Shown piece after piece: positions 57,456-64,000 of a stretch of 64,000 nucleotides of DNA. The notes beneath the pieces were generated by a model that was not told the DNA's origin, ran no database searches, and saw nothing but the letters and a program-made list of their open reading frames with translations. Within the stretch, counting starts at the first letter, position 1; every line of letters starts with the position of its first letter. The stretch covers positions 62,001 through 126,000 of the forward strand of contig JAANOX010000095.1 in the NCBI GenBank assembly GCA_020184695.1, given 5' to 3'. Both the position numbers and the translations under genes were made by a program. This DNA comes from Histomonas meleagridis 2922-C6/04-290x. Lineage: Eukaryota; Protista; Parabasalia.

Positions 57456-58541
57456 ATGATAAAAGTTAACAAAGTCTGTTCGAATCGTGTTAATTTAAAA
57501 ATGGACACACTCAATTACAACATCCGCTACGGATTTATTGATGGTCTTGTTCGTGCATACTTTACAGGCTTCTTAACAGAGAACGATTACATGCAACTAA
57601 AGCAAAGTGAAACACTTGATGATCTTCGTCTTCATTTAGGAAATTGTGGATTCCAAGAATATTTCCAAAACGACACAGGCTCAGCCACACCCCAAATCAT
57701 ATATGAACGCTGTATGCAACGTATGGTTCAACGTTTTAATGATATTGAATGTCAAGCCGAAAGTGACCTCAAGACCTTTTTCCAATGGATACGTATCCCC
57801 TTCATGATTGACAATGTTGTTTTACTTATTTCAGGTATAGTTCGTAATCGTGATGTCACAGATTTAGTTGAACGATGTCATCCACTTGGCATGTTTGATG
57901 GTATCAAAAGTCTTTCTGTTGCAGCCAATGCCGAAGAGCTCTATCAAACCGTCTTAATTGACACACCACTTGGACCATTATTCCAGAAATGTTTATCCAA
58001 GACTACACTTAATGAACAAAACGTCGAAATCATTCGATTAATGTTATACCGCGAATACTTTGATGGCTTTTACAAGTTCTGTGAGGGCCTCGGTAATGAA
58101 ACCGCAAACATCATGCTCGAAATCCTTAAATTCGAAGCAGATCGTCGCGCGATTATCATAACACTGAACTCATTGAAGACTTCTCTGATGTTTGATGATA
58201 GAGAAGCTCTTTATCCACGAATCGGACAACTATATCCCGAAGCGACACATTTATTGGTGCGCGCGCAAACTGAAGCCGACGTCGCGCGAATCCTCGACAG
58301 CTATGAGGTGTACCGCGGTCTGTGGGGATCTGTTTCGCAAACGAATTCGATCGAAGACGTGTTCTATGAGCGAATGGCCGAAATGAACGTCGACTCATTC
58401 AACATATTCTTCCAATTCGGAGTGTTTTACGCATGGGTGCATCTGATGGATCAAGAAGTGAGAAACATACAATGGATCTCGGAATGCATTCACCAGAACA
58501 AAAGAGAAAAGGCCGATAGCTACATCCGTATTAGAAAGTGA
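57456..58541 (+). CDS. VMA6: V-type ATPase V0 subunit d
   Basis: YNIRYGFIDGLVR, CHPLGMF, VLIDTPLGP, FEADRRAIIITLNS, FGVFYAWV..EVRNIQWISECI. Start may be ATG 57501. Confidence 0.93.
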   Translation: MIKVNKVCSNRVNLKMDTLNYNIRYGFIDGLVRAYFTGFLTENDYMQLKQSETLDDLRLHLGNCGFQEYFQNDTGSATPQIIYERCMQRMVQRFNDIECQAESDLKTFFQWIRIPFMIDNVVLLISGIVRNRDVTDLVERCHPLGMFDGIKSLSVAANAEELYQTVLIDTPLGPLFQKCLSKTTLNEQNVEIIRLMLYREYFDGFYKFCEGLGNETANIMLEILKFEADRRAIIITLNSLKTSLMFDDREALYPRIGQLYPEATHLLVRAQTEADVARILDSYEVYRGLWGSVSQTNSIEDVFYERMAEMNVDSFNIFFQFGVFYAWVHLMDQEVRNIQWISECIHQNKREKADSYIRIRK

Positions 58542-58779
58542 TTTAGTAAATAATTAAACACTTAAATAACGTTGAAAATGTGCAAACATTACTTCATTGG
58601 TCATTTCGAAATGATATAATGTTATCATTTAAGTTTTTCATACGCATTTTTGAAAAATTATAATACATTAATCGAAAAATTTCTCGTTTTATATCAATAT
58701 TTTTCATACCTATGTTATAACACATTTTACTTATTTTTTGGAATGTTTTGCTTGTGCTTCTCTCGAATAAAAATTATGA

Positions 58780-59300
58780 TATCATAGCATTGCTATGAGG
58801 AAAGTTTTACGACTTTGTTTCGTTGTTTTGATTAATATTATTGTAACCACAAGTTTCTCTTTTTGCACCAATCGAATAATTGTCTCAAACATTTCGTGAA
58901 TATTTATATTATCTATTGCTGAAGTTTCGATAAAAATCTGCAATATCTTCCCATCTTTTTACTCACCTGTCTTTCGTTTTCAAGATCCAATTTATTACCA
59001 CAAACTAAAATTGATGTAAAATTACTTCCTTTAATGTTCTTAATGCGGTCACAATAATGTAATATTTTCTCAAATGAATAATTATATTACAATAAAACCA
59101 TCTCCATAATGCATATTATTATTGATCTGAAAAAAAGTCTCTTGTTAAAAGGACATCAAATACGTATTTCGTTGTCAATTGTAATTTCCAATAAATAATT
59201 AATTCCAATTGGAGGCTCATATTCCCCACTAAAAGTTCCAGATCTTTACATTTCTTAAGCCGAACTTTTCCCAACACCTTCATCAAACATTACAATTTTG
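58780..59300 (-). pseudogene. Decayed Ras-like GTPase
   Basis: Fragments DEGVGKSS, EYEPPIG, GDGFIVI, ILVCGNKLDLENERQVS and FIETSAIDNINIHEMF in broken frames with stops. Confidence 0.7.
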
Positions 59301-59533
59301 ATTTTTTTTGTAATTTTAAAAAATGGAACAAACCATTGAAACTTTTTAACAATAATTTGTCTGTAAATAATAAAAATTATTTTTTGAAAAGCAATACAAA
59401 CAAAAAAATACATCAAAAAATCAATAAAATCATAGAATTTGATATTTTTGCAAAATAATTTATTTAATATTTTTATATTTATGTTAGTTTAATTAAACTA
59501 AATTCTTTCATACATTTTTGAAAAATTTCCGAT

Positions 59534-60259
59534 CTAATAATTCATCTGTGATTCTTCATTTTCGTCATCTAAAAAACATTTTTCATTGATGAAATTAATT
59601 ATGTTCATTTTTTCCAGTTTTCCTTCATAAATTTTTCGTTTCTTATCTTTAAATAGATAAAATGTTGGAAGTTCTTTGATTTTATAATCAAATGAAAAAG
59701 ACTTAAACTTATCGATATCAATTTCGCAGACAGAAATATTTTTCCCCTTATATGTGATCGCAATATCTTTTAATGATTTCATAAATCGCTTGCATTTCTT
59801 ACACTGCCTTGTATGGAACATAGCAAATACACATTTTTGAGTATTGAGTAACTCATTGAAAGTGCGATTATTTGGAGAAAGTAAATCTAGTTGAAGATTT
59901 ATTCCTTGTATTCCTGTATTCTCCATTGCCCATTTTGAAAGAGATTCATATGACATACCGCCATCGTATTGTATCACTTTATTGTTCATGTATAAACGAA
60001 CAATTGGAAAATCCCAAGCAGTTTCATGAAGGCATAACCTTAAATTTTTTCCACAGTTTACACGTGCTGTTGTGATGTTAGTAATGTTTGAATACATTTT
60101 TTCAAATTTATCCCAATCTTTGTTTAATTGAACAGATCTTGAGTGATGTTCATCATAAAATCTAACGATTATAGAATTTTTCCCATGAATGTATTCCATA
60201 AACTTTTCTTGTGTAAGGCTTTTTTTAATTGCGATTTGTAGGAAAGCAAAAAGAAGCAT
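59534..60259 (-). CDS. PDI/thioredoxin-like protein with two Trx folds
   Basis: Signal-like N-terminus; first Trx fold lacks CxxC (DFPIVRLY, YDGGMS); second has CKKC and ELPTFYLF. Confidence 0.75.
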   Translation of the reverse strand: MLLFAFLQIAIKKSLTQEKFMEYIHGKNSIIVRFYDEHHSRSVQLNKDWDKFEKMYSNITNITTARVNCGKNLRLCLHETAWDFPIVRLYMNNKVIQYDGGMSYESLSKWAMENTGIQGINLQLDLLSPNNRTFNELLNTQKCVFAMFHTRQCKKCKRFMKSLKDIAITYKGKNISVCEIDIDKFKSFSFDYKIKELPTFYLFKDKKRKIYEGKLEKMNIINFINEKCFLDDENEESQMNY

Positions 60260-60511
60260 TTTCTCAAGGACATGTTATGTGAAATGAAGAAAAATCTGGA
60301 ATTTATTCTTCATAATATTTGAATTAATTTTATGTGAACATTTGGATCTCACTAAGATATAGATATCGGGATCATTCGTATTAATAAAATATTTTTTTTT
60401 CAATATCTCGATATTTGGGAACAAAACAAACGGTTACTAGATTTTGTAAACGTCTGAAAAAAATGATGGTTTTTATGAAAATTTGTGTACCTTGTAATGA
60501 TTAATAATTAA

Positions 60512-63500
60512 ATGAGGAAGCCCAAGATGAATGAATCACACCGAACAAGTATTTTACTTCAAGGCAAATGGGCTCAAAAAATGAAAACTCTTGAAAAAAT
60601 AATTTTAGGGTTAACCCAAGACAACATAAGCAAAACAGCAGCATCAGTAGTAAAAGTTTTTGACAATGATTATTCACTATGTTCTGATATTATTCTATCT
60701 CGATTTGTATATGCATCACTTATTTTTCGAATGAATGATTTAAATATATTTATTGATTTTATTAAGGAAGTTGAGAACATAGAAAAGAAAAGAAAAAGCC
60801 ATAAAATTATTAACACGTTTGTAGAATATCTTGTTGGCTTATATTCACAAGAATCATTTTATCTTATAGAAAGATTTATTGAATTAAATTTAGTATCACC
60901 AAATGTTACAAAGAACATTCATTCTAAATATTTTGCACATTACAAAACGGAAGAAGAAAATAAAACAAAATACACAGAAAAGTTCAGTGTCAATCAGATA
61001 ATAGAAGAGAATTTCATTAGGAATTATAAATTACTTTCACAAATAATTTCCAACTTCATAAGAAGTATGTTAAAGAAGGAGTTAATCCGAACGAAATAGC
61101 AAAAGCAATTCGATATGACGACATAGAAAAACTTCAAGAAATATCATCACAAAATAATTTTGATTTTAATCAAACAATTGAACCATCACTTTATGAAAGA
61201 CATTCATATATTAATTGTTCAGGTGTTACATTAATTGATTATGCAGCATTTTTTTCTTCTATTAAATGTTTCAAATATTTACTTATGAACAATGCAAATG
61301 TAATAAACACAGGTAAATATGCAGTTGCAGGTGGAAATGAAGAAATCATTCTTTTATGTGAACAAAATCATTCATCATTTGAAGGTGCATATGAAGCAGC
61401 AATTGAATTCCATAGAAACAATATCTTTAAATATATTTATGAAAAAAAACTCTCTGAGGTTAGTTGTCAAATTATTAAATTGTTTATATTTTGTAGAAGT
61501 GATGCAATAAATTTTAATATATTCAACTTTTTTCTTAAAAAATTCAAAATTGATTTTATTTATGACAAAGATATTTTTTTGTTTTATTTGGTCTTTGTTT
61601 GAATGTTTTCGTGTTTAGAATTAATATTTAAAAATTATTTATATTATTTCAAACACCACTTATGCTTGCATCATTTAAACGTCACACAGAATTGGTTAAA
61701 TTACTTCTTGAACAGAAAGAAATTGATATTAATGCTAAAGATATTTATTCGTTTTATTTGATATTTATTTTAATAATTTTATATTTCAAAATAATATTTG
61801 GAAATTGTTTAAATTATTTAATACAGCACTTATTTTGGCATCTGCAAAAGGTTATACAGAAATAGTTAAATTACTTCTTGAACAAGAAGGAACTGATATT
61901 AATGCTAAAGATATATATTTGTTTTATTTATTATTTATTTTAATAATTTAGAATTTAAAAATAATATTTGGAAATTATTTAAATTATTTTATACAGCACT
62001 TATTTTAGCATCTAGAAATGGTCATACAGAAATAGTTAAATTACTTCTTGAACAAAAAGGAATTGATATTAATGCTAAAGATATTTATTTGTTTTATTTC
62101 ATATTTATTTTAATAATTTTATTATATTTCAAAATAATATTTGGAAATTATTTAAGTTATTTGCAACAGCACTTATGTGGGCATCTTATAATTGTCATAC
62201 AGAAATAGTTAAATTACTTCTCGAACATAAAGGAACTGATATTAATGCTAAAGATATTTATTTGCTTTATTTAAAATTTATTTTAATAAATTCAAATTTC
62301 AAAATAATATTTGGAAATTATTTAAATTATTTTTCACAACACTTATTAAAGCATCTCAAAATGGTTATACAAAAATTGTTAAAATACTTCTAGAACAGAA
62401 AGGAATTAATATTGATGCTAAAGATATTTATTTGTTTTATTTAAAATTTATTTTAGTAATTTTGGATATCAAAATAATATTTGGAAATTATTTAAAATAT
62501 TTCAAACAGCACTTATGTGGGCATCTCAAAATGGTCATATAGAAATAGTTAAATTACTTCTTGACCAAGAAGGAATTGATATATGCTAAAGATATTTATT
62601 TGCTTTATTTGAAATTTATTTTTATAATTTTATTATATTTCAAAATAATATTTGGAAATTATTTAAATTATTTGATACAGCACTTATTAAAGCATCTGAA
62701 AAAGGTCATACAGAAATAGTTAAATTATTTCTTGAACATAAAGGAACTGATGTTAATGCGAAAAACTTTTACTTAATCTATTTAATGTTTTATTTTATTA
62801 TTTCATGTTTTAAAATATTTAATAAAAATTATTCAAAATATTTCGAACACCACTTATATATGCATCTTCTCAAGGCTATTCAGAAATTGTTAAATTACTG
62901 CTTGAACAAAAAGATATTGATATCAATGCTAAAGATAATGATTTATTTTATTTGATATTTATTTAAATAATTTAAAATTTCAAAATAATATTTGGAAATT
63001 ATTGATATTATATGACACAGCAATAATTTGGGCATTTAATAAAAATCATAGAGAAATTATCGATTTATTCCTTGAGAAAAAAGGAGTTGATATAAAAGTT
63101 ACTAATATTTGTTTACTTTTATCAGTTTTGCTTATAATAAATTATGTTTTCAAAAATAAATTTAATAATAATTTTAATTATTTAATGATGCTTTTATAAA
63201 TGCAGCTAAAAACAATCAAATAGATATAGTCATAAATCTTTCAACAAGAATTAATATCAACGTTAAAGATATTCATTTATTTTATTCAAAGTTTATTGAA
63301 GTAATATTTGATTTCAAAAAATTATTTGGAAATTATTTAAAATATTTTATACAGCACTTATTTGGGCATCTGAAAATGGTAATACAGAAATAGTTAAATT
63401 TCTTCTTGAACAAGAAGGAATTGATATTAATGCTAAAAATATTTTTTTAATTTAACCATTGTTTATTTAAATAATATTGTGTTTCAAATTAAAATTTGGA

Positions 63501-64000
63501 AATTATTCAAATTATTTAATACAGCACTTATAAAAGCAGCTGCGTGTAATACAGAAATAGTTCAATTACTTCTTAAGCAAGAAGGAATTGATGTTAATTC
63601 TAAAAATATATATATTTTATGATTGATGTTCTTTTTATTATCATTATGTCTTAAATTAATATTTGGAATTTTTTTAAATTATTTGATTCAGCTTTTATTT
63701 ATGCAGTCAAATATGGTAATGAAGAATCTGCTAAATTGTTTCTTGAACATGAAGAAATTGATGTCAATACAACAAACATTTATTCAAGTTATTTGATATT
63801 TCTTACATTGATTTTCTATTCTAATATTATATTTCAAATTCATTTCAATTAATTTGGACGCCACTTATTTATGCAGCTTCTAAAAACGACTTTAAAATGG
63901 TTAAATTACTACTTAAACAAGAAGGAATTGAAGTTAATGCTAAAAATATTTGATTATTTTAATTAATATTTATTTTAATAATTTCTTATTTAAAAATAAT
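60512..64000 (+). other. Interrupted DUF3447-like/ankyrin-repeat gene (runs off the window end): head plus at least 14 ankyrin modules with 80/83-nt spacers
   Basis: Head homologous to the 29669 gene, with a 1-nt A-run deletion near 61041. Modules start at 61653, 61823, 61993, 62166, 62336, 62506, 62677, 62847, 63017, 63187, 63351, 63521, 63688 and 63858. Confidence 0.8.
61573..64000 (+). repeat. Degenerate ~170-bp tandem array (ankyrin module + 80-nt spacer)
   Basis: Spacer lengths counted by hand: 80, 80, 80, 83, 80, 80, 83, 80, 80, 80, 80, 80, 80, 80. Confidence 0.92.

Noticed and set aside
104-60075. Many short track ORFs overlapping larger genes (e.g. 104-496, 690-1085, 6802-7302, 11209-11532, 20828-21253, 37620-37940, 41850-42170, 58156-58398)
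   Set aside because: Antisense or off-frame shadows, often with non-ATG starts and no recognisable motifs.
61743-61822. Excision by the short direct repeats at spacer ends (TTATTT; TTTGAA in the 31-33 kb array)
   Set aside because: Removing one repeat-to-repeat unit leaves 11 nt between D and T, which is out of frame.
61743-62846. Spacers as coding transmembrane segments (IYLFYLIFILIILYFKIIFGNYL) joined by -1 frameshifts
   Set aside because: 6 of 14 spacers have upstream-frame stops, the hydrophobicity is expected from A/T-only codons, and the 31-33 kb spacers occur in all three phases. Kept only as a minor alternative.
61573-63857. Ordinary GT-AG spliceosomal introns
   Set aside because: Spacers mostly begin AT, lack ACTAAC/TCTAAC, and the nearby AG (in ACA-GCA) is missing in several modules (ACA-CCA, ACA-ACA, ACG-CCA, GAT-GCT). 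Using that AG would delete the conserved D and T.
61573-63857. U12-type AT-AC introns
   Set aside because: Cutting from the AT starts to the AC of the ACA codon leaves the next module out of frame, and there is no ATATCCT 5' site or TCCTTAAC branch.
61573-64000. 170-bp period as a nucleosome-positioning device
   Set aside because: The period resembles a nucleosome repeat length, but it varies from 130 to 250 bp in the other array and nothing in the sequence tests the idea. MNase-seq would be needed.
1-64000. rRNA, tRNA or canonical trichomonad introns
   Set aside because: None recognised by eye; all conserved genes read as single ORFs. tRNAscan-SE/Infernal were not run.

Overview
Very AT-rich, gene-dense, apparently intron-free eukaryotic DNA. 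BspA/LRR_5 surface proteins, DUF3447-like ankyrin genes, a bacterial-type glucokinase and TCACT-type initiators just upstream of ATGs point to a parabasalid (Tritrichomonas/Trichomonas-like); this is inference. The window holds about 25 ordinary genes (DNAAF4-like, COG8, TBCC/RP2-like, TTC1-like, Rab, glucokinase, NC2-alpha, UAP1, RPL31, Tup1-like WD40, RING, aldo-keto reductase, CK2-alpha, BspA, SAPS, FANCJ/RTEL1-like helicase, 3102-aa HECT E3, V-ATPase d, PDI-like). It also holds a decayed hAT transposon (26804-29600) and several small-GTPase and BspA remnants. The standout is three separate ankyrin-repeat loci (29669-33419 +, 45770-46413 -, 60512-64000 +). In each, every ankyrin repeat is a clean module of about 30 codons cut at the same point (the D-x-x-G-x-T hairpin) by an AT-rich spacer. 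The spacer breaks the frame, often contains stops, and has no consistent GT-AG ends or trichomonad ACTAAC branch motif. At two loci spacer length is fixed despite divergent sequence (80 nt in 15 of 17, 83 nt in 2). At the third the spacers are 40-160 nt in steps of a 20-nt unit. This suggests an undescribed non-canonical splicing or recoding system, or a modular ankyrin repertoire. No expression data are available here, and homopolymer indels elsewhere show that assembly error or pseudogenisation must be checked.
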